A DNA stretch of 64,000 bases from positions 2,672,345-2,736,344 of the forward strand of contig NW_024055461.1 in assembly GCF_902713615.1 (NCBI RefSeq), read 5' to 3'. Below the pieces are notes generated by a model that did no database searches, was not told the DNA's origin, and saw nothing but the letters and a program-made list of their open reading frames with translations. A program made the translations under genes and the position numbers. Shown piece by piece: positions 10,754 through 24,135 of this stretch. This DNA is from Scyliorhinus canicula. Its lineage: Eukaryota. Position 1 is the first letter of the stretch; each line of letters opens with the position of its first letter.

Positions 10754-10983
10754 TATATCAATAATTTAGACTGAAATGTACACACCAGGATTATACAAAA
10801 GTTGCTGATGTGTTTCAGACAATGAGGGAGAAAGCCATGGACTGGGTCAGGTGGACAGAAAAGTGGTGAATGGAAATTTAGATAATGAGAGGTTAGGAAC
10901 ACACTTCAGTTAACTCCCGATAGAAATAAGGTCACTTCAGGATTCTGGACAAAACTGATTGGTGGGGAAACTACAAATAATCC

Positions 10984-11219
10984 TTTTTTTAAAAAAAAAT
11001 TTAGAGTACCCAATTATTATTATTTATTTTTCCAATTAAGGGGCAATTTAGCCTGGCTAATCCACCTAACCTGCACATCTTTGGGTTGTGGGGGTGAAAC
11101 CCATGCAGACACGTGGAGAATGTGCAACCTCCACACGGACAGTGACCCAGGACCGGGATTCAAACCCGGATCCTCAGCGCTGTAGTCCCAGTGCTAACCA
11201 CTGCTCCACGTGCTGCCCT
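10984..11219 (-). mobile_element. short poly(A)-tailed V-SINE
   Basis: TSD ctacaaataat at 10971-10981 and 11222-11232. Confidence 0.9.
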
Positions 11220-11384
11220 AGCTACAAATAATTCTAATAACTTTATTGAACAGATCTCAAATGGAAAGGCACTTGACCACATAAAAACTAAGGATCTGCA
11301 ATAGATGTTTGATCTAGCAAGTCATATTTAGGGCAAGATTATAAACAGCGGGCATTCATTTGAAGTGATCAGAAAAAGAAGCAA

Positions 11385-12135
11385 TGCTGAGCAAGGCTAG
11401 GAGAGTGGGCAAAGAAGTGGCAGATCGAATATAATGTGGAAAAATGTGAGGTTTCCAAATGCACTTTGGAAGGAGAAATGGAGGCGTAGACTATTCTCTA
11501 AATAGGAAAATACTGAGGAAATCACAAGCACAAAGGGACTTGGGAGACCTTGCTCACGATTCTCTTCAGGTTAAAGTGCAGATGCACTGTAGCCTCACGG
11601 CGTCGAGGTCCCAGGTCCGATGCCGGCTCTGGGTCACTGTCCTTGTGGAGTTTGCTCATTCTCCCCGTGTTTGCATGGGTTTCGGCCCCACAACCTAAAG
11701 ATGTGCAGGGTAGGTGGATTGGCCACGCTAAACTGCTCCTTAATTGGAAAAAATGAATTGGGTACTCTAAACTTACGGAAAAAAAATGTTTAAAAAAGGT
11801 TAACGTGCCGGTTGAGTCAGCAGTTGAGAAGGCAAATGCAATGTATTCATGTCGAGAGGGCTAGAATAGAAGACCAGGGATGTACTTCTGAGGCTATATA
11901 AGACTCTGATCAGATTCCATTTGGAGTATTATGAGCAGTTTTGGTCCCCGTATCTAAGAAGGATGTGTTGGACTTGGAAAGAGTCCAGAGGAGGTTTACA
12001 GGAATGATCCCTGGAATGAAGAGCTTGTCGTATGAGGAACGGTTGAGTACTCTGGGTCAGTACTCGTTGGGGGTATCTTATTAAAACTGACAGGATACTG
12101 CGAGGCCTGGGTAGAGTGGACATGGAGAAGATTAG
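11385..12135 (+). mobile_element. degraded CR1 RT fragment containing a 5'-truncated poly(A) V-SINE (about 11585-11797)
   Basis: HFGRRNGGVDYSLNRKILRKSQAQRDLG and ccatttggagtattatgagcagttttggtccccgtatctaagaaggatg are CR1 RT motifs. Confidence 0.75.
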
Positions 12136-12497
12136 GGCAGCAGGGTAGCATGGTGGTTAGCATAAATGCTTCACAGCTCCAGGGTCCCAGGTTCGATTCC
12201 CGGCTGGGTCACTGTCTGTGTGGAGTCTGCACGTCCTCCCCCTGTGTGCGTGGGTTTCCTCCGGGTGCTCCGGTTTCCTCCCACAGTCCAAAGATGTGCG
12301 GGTTAGGTGGATTGGCCATGCTAAATTGCCCGTAGTGTCCTAATAAAAAAAAAGTAAGTAAGGTTAAGCGGGGCGTTGTTGGGTTACGGGTATAGGGTAG
12401 ATACGTGGGTTTGAGTAGGGTGATCATGGCTCGGCACAACATTGAGGGCCGAAGGGCCTGTTCTGTGCTGTACTGTTCTATGTTCTATGTTCTATGT
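12135..12497 (+). mobile_element. V-SINE with CR1-type tail
   Basis: Full head, V-domain and (ttctatg)n tail. Confidence 0.9.
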
Positions 12498-12574
12498 TTC
12501 CACTTGCAGAAAATTATTCCTTAAAACTCTCCAAAAAAATGCCTTTGGCAGGAAAATCAGCAGGCATTGGAAAC

Positions 12575-13515
12575 TAAACAGAAATCACGCCAACGTGTTC
12601 ATTTTAACCAACCCTCCAGTGACCCCCCCCAATCCTGAGCAACCTGCACCCCCAGATATCTAAAGTGAATCCCTGCCCTACGGAATGGCAGCCCCCCCCC
12701 CCCACCCCTGCCCACACCCCCGGCCTAAACACTACTAAATACTCACTCTTGTCTAGATTTAATTTGTACCCCGAGAAAGACCCAAACACCCGAAGCAGCT
12801 CCAATATTCCCCCTCCTGACACACTTGGTTCCGACACATATAATAACAAGTCATCAGCATACAAGGGCACCCTGTGCTCTATTCACCCCCCCCCCCCCCC
12901 CCCCCCCCGCACTATCCCTTTCCATACCCCAAACGTCTTCATGCAATGGCTCAATCGCGAGTGCAAACAGCAGGGAGGCGGGGTGGGGGGGGGGGGGGGG
13001 GGGGGAAGAGGACATCTCAGCCTAGTCCCATGGTGGAGAGAAAAGTATCTCGAGTTGATGTTTTTTATGCAGACTCCTTATACAGTAGCTTTACCCAGTC
13101 CACAAATCGTGGACCAATCCCAAACCGCTCCAGAACTGCTATTAGTGCCCCCATTCTACTTGGTCAAATGCTTTCTCGGCGTCCACTGCCACAACCACCT
13201 CTGTTTCCTTCCCCTCTGCCGGAGCCATAACCACATTCAATACCCTCTTAACGTTTGAAAAGTGCTCCCTCCCTCACACAAACCCCGTCTGATCTTCACC
13301 TATCACCTTCAGGAGGCACTTCTCCAGCCTACCTACCAGTACCGTCGCTAATACCTTTGCGTTCACGTTTAAAAGTGATATGGGCCTATACGACCCACAC
13401 TCCGTCGGATCCTTAGCTTTTTAGGCAACAGGGAAACCAATGCCTGCCCCAAAGTTTGTGGTAACACCCCCTTCCCTATCGCCTCCTCAACATCTGCACC
13501 ATCAGGGGTGCCAGC
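12575..13515 (-). mobile_element. L1-clade ORF2 (RT) internal fragment
   Basis: LYADDLLLYVSEPS...FGSFSGYKLNLDKSEY. Confidence 0.85.
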
Positions 13516-13516
13516 T

Positions 13517-13590
13517 TATCCTGCAGACACACTAGCGAGTTCACACTGGGGAGAAGCCATTCACCTGCTCTTAGTGTGGGAAGGGATTAC
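13517..13590 (+). pseudogene. zinc-finger remnant, paralogous to 178-250
   Basis: ctgcagacacactagcgagttcacactggggagaagccattcacctgctcttagtgtgggaagggatt, with the same TAG and the same junction into an antisense CR1. Confidence 0.85.
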
Positions 13591-14036
13591 ATAGAAAATG
13601 GGAGCAGGATGAGAGCATTTGGCCCTTAGCGCTTGCTCTGCCATTCATTATGATCATGGCTTATCATCCAACTCCATAGCCTAATCCCGCTTTCCCTTCC
13701 ACATCCTTTGATCCCCTTCGCCCTAAGTGCGATATCTAACTGCTTCTTGAAAACATACAATGTATTTGCCTCAACTATTTCCTGTGGTAACAAATTCCAC
13801 AAGCTCACCACTCTCTGATGAAGAAATTACTCATCTCTGTCCTAAATAGTCCACCCCGTATCCTCAGACTGCGACCTCTGGTTCTGTACACTCCCACCAT
13901 CGGGAAAATCTTTCCTGCATCTCCCCTGTCAAGTCCTGTAAAAATATTATAGATTTCTATGAGATTCCCCCCCCCCCCCCCCCCCCCATTCTTCTGAACT
14001 CCAGCAAATACAATCCTAACTGATTCAATCTCTCAT

Positions 14037-17000
14037 GCGACAGTACAAGGTACAGTGACTGAGGGGAGCTCAGTGAATACGCCCAGTAATACTAAAAGGA
14101 CTAAAACTGGAGATGTTAAGATTCAAAACAGAGGTAAATAAACCAACATAAGTGTACTTTACCTGAATGCTCGTAGTATTTGGAATAAAGTAAATGAGTT
14201 GATGGCACAAATCATCGTGAATGTCTATGATTTAGTGGCCATTACTGAAACACGGTTAAAGGATGGTCACGACTGGGAGTTAAATATCCGAGGGTATCAA
14301 ACTATTCGGAAGGACAGAGTGGATGGTAAGGGAGGTGGTGGTGCTCTGTTATTTAAGGATGACATCCGGGCAATAGAAAGGGATGACATTGGTGCTATGG
14401 AGGATAAGGTTGAATCCATTTGGGTGGAAATCAGGAATAGTAAGGCGAAGAAGTCACTGATAGGAGTAGTCTATCGGCCACCAAATAGTAACGTTATGGT
14501 GGCGCAGGCAATAAACAAAGAAATAACTGATGCATGTAGAAATGGTACAGCAGGTATCATGGGGGATTTTAATTTACATGTCGATTGGTTTAACCAGGTC
14601 GGTCAAGGCAACCTTGAGGAGGAGTTTATAGAATGTATCCGCGATAGTTTCTTGAACAGTATGTAATGGAACCTACGAGGGAACAAGCGGTCCTAGATCT
14701 TGTCCTGTGTAATGAGACAGGATTGATTCATGATCTCATAGTTAGGGATCCTCTCGGAAGGAGCGATCGTAATATGGTGGAATTTAAAATACAGATGGAG
14801 GGTGAGAAGGTAAAATCAAATACTCGTGTTTTGTGTTTAAACAAAGGAGATTGCAATGGGATGAGAGAAGAACTAGTTAAGGTAGACTGGGAGCAAAGAC
14901 TTTATGGTGGAACAGTTGAGGAACAGTGGAGAACCTTCCATGTGATTTTTCACAGTGCTCAGCAAAGGTTTATACCAACAAAAAGGAAGGACGGTAGAAA
15001 GAGGGAAAATCGACCATGGATATCTAAGGAAATAAGGGAGAGTATCAAATTGAAGGAAAAAGCATATAAAGCGGCAAAGATTGGTGGGAGACTAGAGGAC
15101 TGGGAAATCTTTAGGGGGCAACAGAAAGCTACTAAAAAGCTATAAAGAAGAGTAAGATAGAGTATGAGAGTAAACATGCTCAGAATATAAAAACAGACAG
15201 CAAAAGTTTTTACAAATATATGAAACAAAAAAGAGTGGCTAAGGTAAATATTGGTCCTTGAGGATGAGAAGGGAGTTAATAATGGGAGATGAGGAAATGG
15301 ATGAGGAACTGAACAGGTTTTTTGGGTCGGTCTTCACAGTGGAAGACACAAATAAAATGCCAGAAACTGATAGAAATGAGGCTATGGCAGGTGAGGACCT
15401 TGAGAGGATTGTTATCACTAAGGAGGTAGTGATGGGCAAGCTAATGGGGCTAAAGATAGACAAGTCTCCTGGCCCTGATGGAATGCATACCAGAGTGCTA
15501 AAAGAAATGGCTAGGGAAATTGCAGATGGACAAATGATGATTTACCAAAATTCACTAGACTCTGGGGTGGTCCCGGTGGATTGGAAATTAGCAAACGTGA
15601 CACCACTGTTTAAAAAAGGAGGTAGGCAGAGAGCAGGAAATTTTTGGCCAGTGAGCTTAACCTCTGTAGTAGGGAAGATGCTGGAATCTATCATCAAGGA
15701 AGAAATAGCGAGGCATCTGGATAGAAATTGTCCCATTGGGCAGACGCAGCATGGGTTCATAAAGGGCAGGTCGTGCCTAACTAATTTAGTGGAATTTTTT
15801 GAGGACATTACCAGTGCAGTAGATAACGGGGAGCCAATGGATGTGGTATATCTGGATTTCCAGAAAGCCTTTGACAAGGTGCCACACAAAAGGTTGCTGC
15901 ATAAGAATAAGATGCATGGCATTAAGGGTTAAGTAGTAGCATGGATAGAGGATTGGTTAATTAATTGAAAGCAAAGAGTGGGGATTAATGGGTGTTTCTC
16001 TGGTTGGCAGTCAGTAGCTAGTGGTGTCCCTCAGGGATCTGTGTTGGGCCCACAATTGTTTACAATTTACATAGATGATTTGGAGTTGGGGACCAAGGGC
16101 AATGTGTCCAAGTTTGCAGATGACACTAAGATGAGTGGTAAAGCGAAAAGGGCAGAGGATACTGGAAGTCTGCAGAGGGATTTGGATAGGTTAAGTGAAT
16201 GGGCTAGGGTCTGGCAGATGGAATACAATGTTGACAAATGTGAGGTTATCCATTTTGGTAGGAATAACAGCAAGCGGGATTATTATTTTAACGATAAAAT
16301 ATTAAAGCATGCCGCTGTGCAGAGAGACCTGGGTGTGCTAGTGCATGAGTCACAGAAAGTTGGTTTACAGGTGCAACAGGTGATTAAGAAGGCAAATGGA
16401 ATTTTGCCCTTCATTGCTAGAGGGATGGTGTTTAAGACTAGGGAGGTTATGTTGCAATTGTATAAGGTGTTAGTGAGGCCACACCTGGAGTATTGTGTTC
16501 AGTTTTGGTCTCCTTACTTGAGAAATGACATACTGGCACTGGAGGGTGTGCAGAGGAGATTCACTAGGTTAATCCCAGAGCTGAAGGGGTTGGATTATGA
16601 GGAGAGGTTGAGTAGACTGGGACTGTACCCGTTGCAATTTAGAAGGATGAGGGGGGATCTTATAGAAACATTTAAAATTATGAAGGGAATAGATAGGATA
16701 GATGCGGGCAGGTTGTTTCCCCTGGCGGGTGAAAGCAGAACTAGGGGACATAGCCTCAAAATAAGGGGAAGTAGATTTAGGACAGAGTTTAGGAGGAACT
16801 TCTTCACCCAAAGGGTTGTGAATCGATGGAATTCCTTGCCCAGTGAAGCAGTTGAGGCTCCTTCATTACATGTTTTTAAGGTAAAGATAGATAGTTTTTT
16901 GAAGAATAAAGGGATTAATGGTTATGGTGTTCGGGCCGGAAAGTGGAGCTGAGTCCACAAAAGATCAGCCATGATCTCATTGAATGGCGGAGCAGGCTCG

Positions 17001-17045
17001 AGGGGCCAGATGGCCTACGCCTGCTCCTAGTTCTTATGTTCTTAT
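14037..17045 (+). mobile_element. 5'-truncated CR1 (HER1-like) LINE; near-complete ORF2 (APE endonuclease + RT) with stops/frameshifts
   Basis: ORF pieces 14199-14666 (DLVAITET, VYRPP, GDFN), 15258-15932 (KSPGPDG, YLDFQKAFDKV) and 15978-16952 (VPQGSVLGP, FADD); tail ttcttatgttcttat; boundaries fixed by the empty site at 1037/1038. Confidence 0.95.
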
Positions 17046-17549
17046 ACGTCAGTCCCACCATCCCAGGAATCAGTCTGGTAAACCTTCGCTGTACTCCCTC
17101 TAGAGCAAGAACATCCTTCCTCAGATAAGGAGACCAAAACTGCTCACAATATTCCAGGTATGGCCTCGCCACGGCCCTGTGTAGTAATAGCAAGATATTC
17201 CTGCTCCTGTACTTGTACTTCGTCTCCAATGGGCTGATTCTCTCTGAGCCTTCTTACGAATATCTGGTTTCACATTTCACAAGGATCAAAGAGTGAAAGT
17301 GTGTTTGGAGGTTAGAAGATGTTTCATTCCCATTTATGTTTGGAAACCCCCCCAAATCATGCCACATGGCCATGAAGATGGGCTATGGTGGTTACATGGT
17401 TCTTTTGTTTAATTTATCTTGGTGTTTGTCACAGAAGAAATTTATTCGGGTGTGAGGGGCAAGTTATCTGTGGTGCACTGGGAAACTACATTAAATAGTA
17501 TGGTGGGAGACAGGCATTCAGTAATGCTTAAGGAATTAGTACAGATTTA

Positions 17550-17655
17550 CACCGGGATCGGTTAGCTCAGTTGGCTGGATGGCTGCTTCGTGCTGAGTGA
17601 CACCAACGGCACAGGTTAAATTCCCATACCGGCTGAGGCTAGCCATGGTCTGTGT
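17550..17655 (+). mobile_element. putative tRNA-head SINE fragment (third family)
   Basis: gggatcggttagctcagttggctgg (A-box-like) ... ggttaaattccc (B-box-like). Confidence 0.45.
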
Positions 17656-17769
17656 CAGTATTTATGCTCCACATGAGCCTCCACCCACCCCTCTATATAT
17701 ATCTCTCTCTCTCTCTCTCCCCCCCCCCAGCAGCATCTCCTATTCTTTTCTCCCTCATGTATGTATGTA

Positions 17770-18750
17770 GCTTTACCTTCAATGGATTCATGCTGTTCAT
17801 CTCAACCACTCACTATGTTAGTGAGTTCCACATTCTCACCACTCGCTGGGTAAAGAGGTGTCTATTGAAATTCCTATTGGATTATTGAATCTGTTCATAA
17901 TCTTTTTTTTATAAATTTAGCATACCCAATTATTTTTTTCCAATTAAGGGGCAATTTAGCGTGGCCAATCCACCTAACCTGCACATCTTTGGGTTGTGGG
18001 GGTAAAACCCACGCAGGCATGGGGAGAACGAGCAAACTCCACATGGACAGTGACCCAGGGCCGGGATTCGAACCCGGGTCCTCAGCGCCGTAGGCAGCAA
18101 TGCTAACCACTGTGCCACCGTGCTAATCCATTCATAATCTGAAAGACCTCCATCAGGTCACCCGTCAGTCTTCTCGTTTCCATAAAAAAGCAGCCCCAGC
18201 CTTTCCCAAGTGTTAAATGCTCTCAGTTCTGTATATTATGAATCTTTGTTGCACCTTATCCAGTGCCTCTATTTCCTTTTTCTAAATGGAGATCACCAAT
18301 GTTGACAGTGGTCCCAGTGACGTTGAATCATTGTTTTAAACAAGTTGAACGTTTCCTCCGTGCTTTTCAATTCTATCCCTCCAGAATGGAACCCTATATA
18401 TGGGGTCCATACTTTAGGAAAGACGTGAAGTTCTTAGAGAGGGTGTAGAGGACATTAACGAGAATGGCACCAGGGATGAGGGACTCCAGTTAGTTGGAGT
18501 GACTGGAGCAGCTGAATTTCTCTCCTGAGATCACAGCATCTGGAGGGTGGGGAGTGAGGCCATTCAGCCCTTTGGGACCGTGTCGGCTCTCTGTGGAGGA
18601 AGCCAGTCTGTCCATTGCCCCGTTCTATCCCCGAATCCCTGTGTGTTTATTTCTCTCAGTGCCTGTCCAATTTCCTATTGAAATCCTTCCATCATCTCTG
18701 CATCTCCTACCCTCATAGGCAGTAGGTTCCAGGTTGTTACCACTCGCTTT
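17770..18750. mobile_element. old degraded CR1 fragments in both orientations
   Basis: ttccacattctcaccactcgctgggtaaag (antisense 3' end) and WGPYFRKDVKFLERV-like motif. Confidence 0.55.
17904..18124 (-). mobile_element. short poly(A)-tailed V-SINE
   Basis: TSD ttcataatct at 17894-17903 and 18131-18140. Confidence 0.9.
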
Positions 18751-19267
18751 ACATGTACACAAGGCAGCTAGAGCGCAGAGGAGTCTATTTGGCCCATTTT
18801 TCCCATGCCTCTCTTTGTACAGCGACCCATTTAATCCCAGAGTTTGACTAGTTTGTTTTCTTTTACAGAATGTACCAAATTCCCTTTTGGAAGTTACAGT
18901 CCAATGAGATTTCAGCACCATTTATGGACAGTGCATTCCAAATCACAACAACTCGCTGTGTTTTACAACAAATAATTGTGCATATGGTGTGTCTGGAATT
19001 TCACAAAATGGTGTCAATGACGTGGTTATTATACAAAAGTAAGACTCAACCTTTATCAATAAATTGGTGAGGACACCGAGTGTAATATATCCTCGTTTGT
19101 GGACAATTCGAATAAATGTACATTTCTATGAAACCTCTCACTCCCACTGGACCTCCTCAAGTGTTTTAAAGCCTATGGAGTACTTTTGAAAAGTATTCAC
19201 TGTTGTAATGTAGGAAGCTGTAAATGCGCATGTGTAATCACATTTAGTTTTAAAATTTATTTTCATT

Positions 19268-19490
19268 ATAAAAAAAAATTTTGAGTACCCGATTCAGTTT
19301 TTCCAATTAAGGTACAATTTAGCGTGGCCAATCCACCTACCCTGCACATCTTTGGGTTGTGGGGGTGAGAACAACAAAACCACAGGAAGAATTTGCAAAC
19401 TCCGCATGGCAGTGACCCAGGGTCGGGATCGAACCTAGGGCCTCGGTGCTGTGAGGCAGCAGTGCTACCCATTGCACCACCTTGCTGCCC
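19268..19490 (-). mobile_element. short poly(A)-tailed V-SINE
   Basis: TSD ttattttcatt at 19257-19267 and 19499-19509. Confidence 0.9.
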
Positions 19491-19673
19491 ATAAATTGTT
19501 ATTTTCATTGTGTATTCACTGGCTTTAGTAATAAGGTCAAGGAAGCCCTTTTATACCTTTAAAATGTGCCTTTCTGCAGCCATTTCACATTCTGTATCTT
19601 TTTTATAATAACTATGTATTGATTTCATCGCAAAAAAAAATTAAATTGAAGTTTATTCAGTAGTGAACATTGA

Positions 19674-22600
19674 TTTTTTTTAAAATAATTTTTATTGAAA
19701 TTTTTACAAAATACAAAATATAAACATCTTAACTCTATCAACAAACAACTGCGGTAACACCCCATGAACAATACCCCCCCCCAGCTTCAAGAGCAACTTC
19801 AAACAAAAGGAAAGAACAAAAACAAAAAACAAAAAAAAACAAAAGAGCTCCCAGACAATGAAAGGGAAAGAGATAGCACCCTCCACAAACCCATGTGCAC
19901 AGTTCTCCCTCCCCCCAATCCTTACCCCCCCCTTCCTGGGTTGCTGCTGCTGCCGGCCTATTTCCCTACCGTTCCGCCAGGAAGTCCAGAAAAGGCTGCC
20001 ACCGCCTGAAAAACCCTTGTACTGATCCCCTCAGGGCAAATTTCACCCTCTCCAATTTAATGAACCCGAGATCCAGGCCTCCACCCTTGGGGGCCTCGCA
20101 TCCTTCCATTGGAGCAAGATCCTCCGCCGGGCTACTAGGGGTGCAAAGGCCAGGACCCCGGCCTCTATCGCCTCCTGCACTCCCGGCTCCACAGCAACCC
20201 CAAAAATTGCGAGTCCCCAGCCTGGCTCGACCCTGGATCCCACCACCCTCGACACCGTCTTTGCTATCCCCTTCCAAAACTCCCCCAACGCTGGGCACGC
20301 CCAAAACATGGGCGTGGTTCACTGGGCTCCCTGAGCACCTAGCACACCTGTCCTCGCCCCCGAAAAACCTACTCATCCTTGTCCCAGTCATGTGGGCCCT
20401 ATGCAGCACCTTGAACTGTATGAGGCTAAGCCTCGCACAGGAAGAGGAGGAATTCACTCCCTCCAGGGCATCCGCTCACGTCCCTTCCTCAATCTCCTCA
20501 CCCAGCTCCTCTTCCCATTTACCCTTCAGTTCCTCCACCGAGGTCTCGTCTACCTCCTGCATTCCCCGGTATATGTCCGAAATCCTCCCTCCTCCAACCC
20601 ACACCCCCGAGAGCACCCTGTCCCGTACCCCACGTGGGGGCAACAAGGGGAGCCCCTCCATCTGCCGCCTGGCAAACGCATTCACCTGCATGTACCGAAA
20701 CATGTTCCCCGGGTGGAGCCCAAACTTCCTCTCTAACTCCCCCAAACTCGCGAACCTCCCCTCCACAAACAGGTCCCTCAACCTCCTAACCCCTGCCCTG
20801 TCCCAGCCCAGAAATCCGCCATCAATGCACCCTGGGACAAACTGATGGTTCCCCCGTATCGGGGCCTCCATCGAGCCCCCCATTTCTCCCCTGTGCCGTC
20901 TCCATTGCCCCCAAATTTTGAGGGTAGCCACCACCACCGGGCTCATGGTATACCTCGTTGGAGGGAGCGGCAACGGCGCCGTTACTAGCGCCTCCAAGCT
21001 CGTGCCCACACAAGACGCCGCCTCCATCCTCTTGCATGCTGCCCCTTCCTCGTCCATTACCCACTTACGCACCATCACTGCGTTGGCAGCCCAATAGTAC
21101 CCACAGAGGTTGGGCAACACCAGCCCCCCCCTATCCCTGCCTCGTTCCAGGAACACTCTTCGAACCCTCGGAGTCCCATGCACCCACACAAATCCCGTGA
21201 TACTCCTGTTGACCCTCCTAAAAAAGGCCTTCGGGATAAGGATGGGGAGGCACTGGAACAGGAACAAGAGCACCGTCACCTTAACGTCTGCACCCTCCCC
21301 GCCAGTGACAGCGGTAACATATCCCACCTCTTAAACTCCTCCTCCATCTGCTCCACCAACCTTGTGAGGTTGAGCTTGTGCAGGGCCCCCCAGCTCCCCG
21401 CCACCTGGACCCCTAGGTACCTGAAGCTCTTCCCTGCCTGCTTCAATGGGAGCCTACCAATCCCCTCCTCTTGATCCCTCGGATGTACCACAAACACCTC
21501 ACTCTTGCCCAGGTTCAACTTATACCCCGAGAAACCCCCGAATTCCCTAAGAATCCTCATCACATCCGGCATTCCCCCCACCGGGTCCGCCACATACAGA
21601 AACAGGTTGTCCGCGTACAGCGACACTCGATGCTCCTCCCCGCCCCGCACCAGGCCCCTCCAGTTCCCTGACTCTCTCTTTTTTTTAATAAATTTAGAGT
21701 ATCCAGTTCATTTTTTCCAATTAAGGGGCAATTTAGTGTGGCCAATCTACCTAGCCTGCACATCTTTGGGTTGTGGGGGCGAAACCCACACAAACACGGG
21801 GAGAATGTGCAAACTCCACACGGACAGTGACCCAGAGCCGGGATCGAACCTGGGACCTCAGCGCCGTGAGGCTGCAGGGCTAATCCACTGCGCCACTGTG
21901 CTGTCCTGACTCTCTCAATGCCATGGCCAGGGGCTCAATTGCCAACGCGAAGAGCAAGGGGGACAGGGGGCACCCCTGTCTCGTCCCCCGGTACAGCCGA
22001 AAGCACTCCAACCCCCTCCTATTTGTGGCTACACTCGCCATCGGGGCATCGTAGAGCAGCCTCACCCACCGGATAAACCCCTCCCCAAACCCAAACCTCT
22101 CCAACACCTCCCACAAATACTCCCATTCAACCCTATCGAAGGCCTTCTCCGCATCTAATGCCACCACTATCTTCGCCTTCCCTTCCACAGCCGGCATCAT
22201 AATGACATTGAGGAGCCTTCGTACGTTTGTGTTCAGCTGCCTTCCCTTCACAAACCCCATCTGGTCCTCATGAATGACCCCCGGCACACAATCCTCTATT
22301 CTAGTGGCCAGGATCTTTGCCAGCAGCTTAGCATCGACGTTCAGCAGCGAAATCGGCCTATATGATCCACATTGCAGAGGGTCCTTGTCCCGCTTCAGGA
22401 TCAAGGAAATCAGTGCCCGTGACATAGTTGGGGGCAGAGCCCCCCCCTCCCTTGCCTCGTTGAAGGTCCGGACCAACAGAGGGCCCAACAGGTCCAAATA
22501 CTTTTATAGAATTCCGCCGGAAACCCGTCCGCCTTCGCCGACTGCATGCTCCCTATCCCTTTGACCACCTCCTCCAGCTCGATCGGCGCCCCTAGTCCCT

Positions 22601-24103
22601 CCACCTGCTCCTCTTCCACCCTCGGGAATCGCAGCTTGTCCAAGAAGTGCCCCATTCCACCCCCCTCCACCGGGGGTTCAGACCGGTACAGTTCCCCATA
22701 GAAGTCCCTGAAGACCCCATTGACATCTACCCCCCTCCGCACCACCTTCCCAGCTCTATTCATCACTCCCCCAATCTCCCTGGCCGCGTCTCGCTTCCGG
22801 AGCTGGTGCACCAGCATCCTGCTCGCCTTCTCCCCGTATTCATACACCGCCCCCTGTGCTTTCCTCCACTGAGCTTCCGCCTTTCTGGTCGTCAATAGGT
22901 CGAATCTGGCCTGAAGGCTACGCCTCTCCCCCAGCAATCCCTCCTCTGGAGCCTACTCATATCTCCTATCCACCCTCACCATCTCCCCTATCAGTCTCTC
23001 CCTCTCCCTCTGCTCCCCCTTCTCCCTATGGGTTCGGATGGAGATCAATTCCCCCCTCATCACCGCCTTCAGTGCCTCCCAGACCGTCCCCACTCGAACC
23101 TCCCCGTTATCATTGGCCTTGAGGTACCTCTCGATACACCCCCGAACCCTCTCGGCCACCTCCTCATCTGCAAACAGCCCCACCTCCATGCGCCAGAGCG
23201 GACGTTGGTCCCTCTCTTCCCCCAGCCCGAGGTCCATCCAGTGCGGGGCATGATCCGAAATGGCAATGGCGGAGTATTCAACATCCTCCACCCTCGACAC
23301 CAGCCCCCTGCTCAGGACAAAAAAATCAATCCTCGAGTAGGCCTTATGTACATGGGAGAAAAACAAGTATTCCCTGGCCCTTGGCCTCGCAAGCCTCCAG
23401 GGGTCCACCCCCCCATCTGTTCCATGAATCCCCTCAGCATCTTAGCCGCCGCCGACCTCCTACCCGTCGGGGACTTGGATCGATCCAATGGGGGATCCAG
23501 TACTGTGTTAAAGTCCCCCCCATGATCAGGCCCCCCTCCTCCAGGTCCGGAATGCGGCCCAACATACGCCACATAAACCCCGCATCGTCCCAATTTGGGG
23601 CATAGACATTCACCAACACCACCCGCTCCCCCTGCAGCTTGCCACTCACCATCACGTACCTCCCGCCACTGTCAGCCACCACCTTCAACGCCTCAAACGA
23701 CACCTTCTTCCCCACCAGGATCGCCACCCCCTTACTCTTCTCATCCAGCCCTGAGTGGAATACATTGGCCCACCCACCCCTTCCTCAGCCGGACCCGGTC
23801 CGCCACTCTCAGGTGTGTCTCCTGGAGCATGGCCACATCCACCTTCAGTCCCTTCAGGTGCGCAAATACTCGGGCCTGTTTGACCGGCCCATTCAGCCCC
23901 CTCACATTCCAAGTTATCAGCCGGATCCGAGGGCTCCCTGCCCCCTTCCCCTGCCGATTAGCCATACCCCATCCCTTGCCCACCCCCGGCCAGCGTCCCC
24001 CGCTCTGCCAGTTTCCCATGGCGGCAACTCTCCCCCCCCCCTCACCCCCCAGCACCCCTTGCGCCCTCCAGCTCCTTCCTGACCGTTTCAGCAGCAACCC
24101 GGT

Positions 24104-24135
<32 letters not shown>

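Noticed and set aside
19895-20845. 316-aa plus-strand ORF (also 46985-47773, 23028-23525 and similar)
   Set aside because: Antisense shadow ORFs of GC-rich L1 ORF2; Pro/Ser-rich with no recognisable domain.
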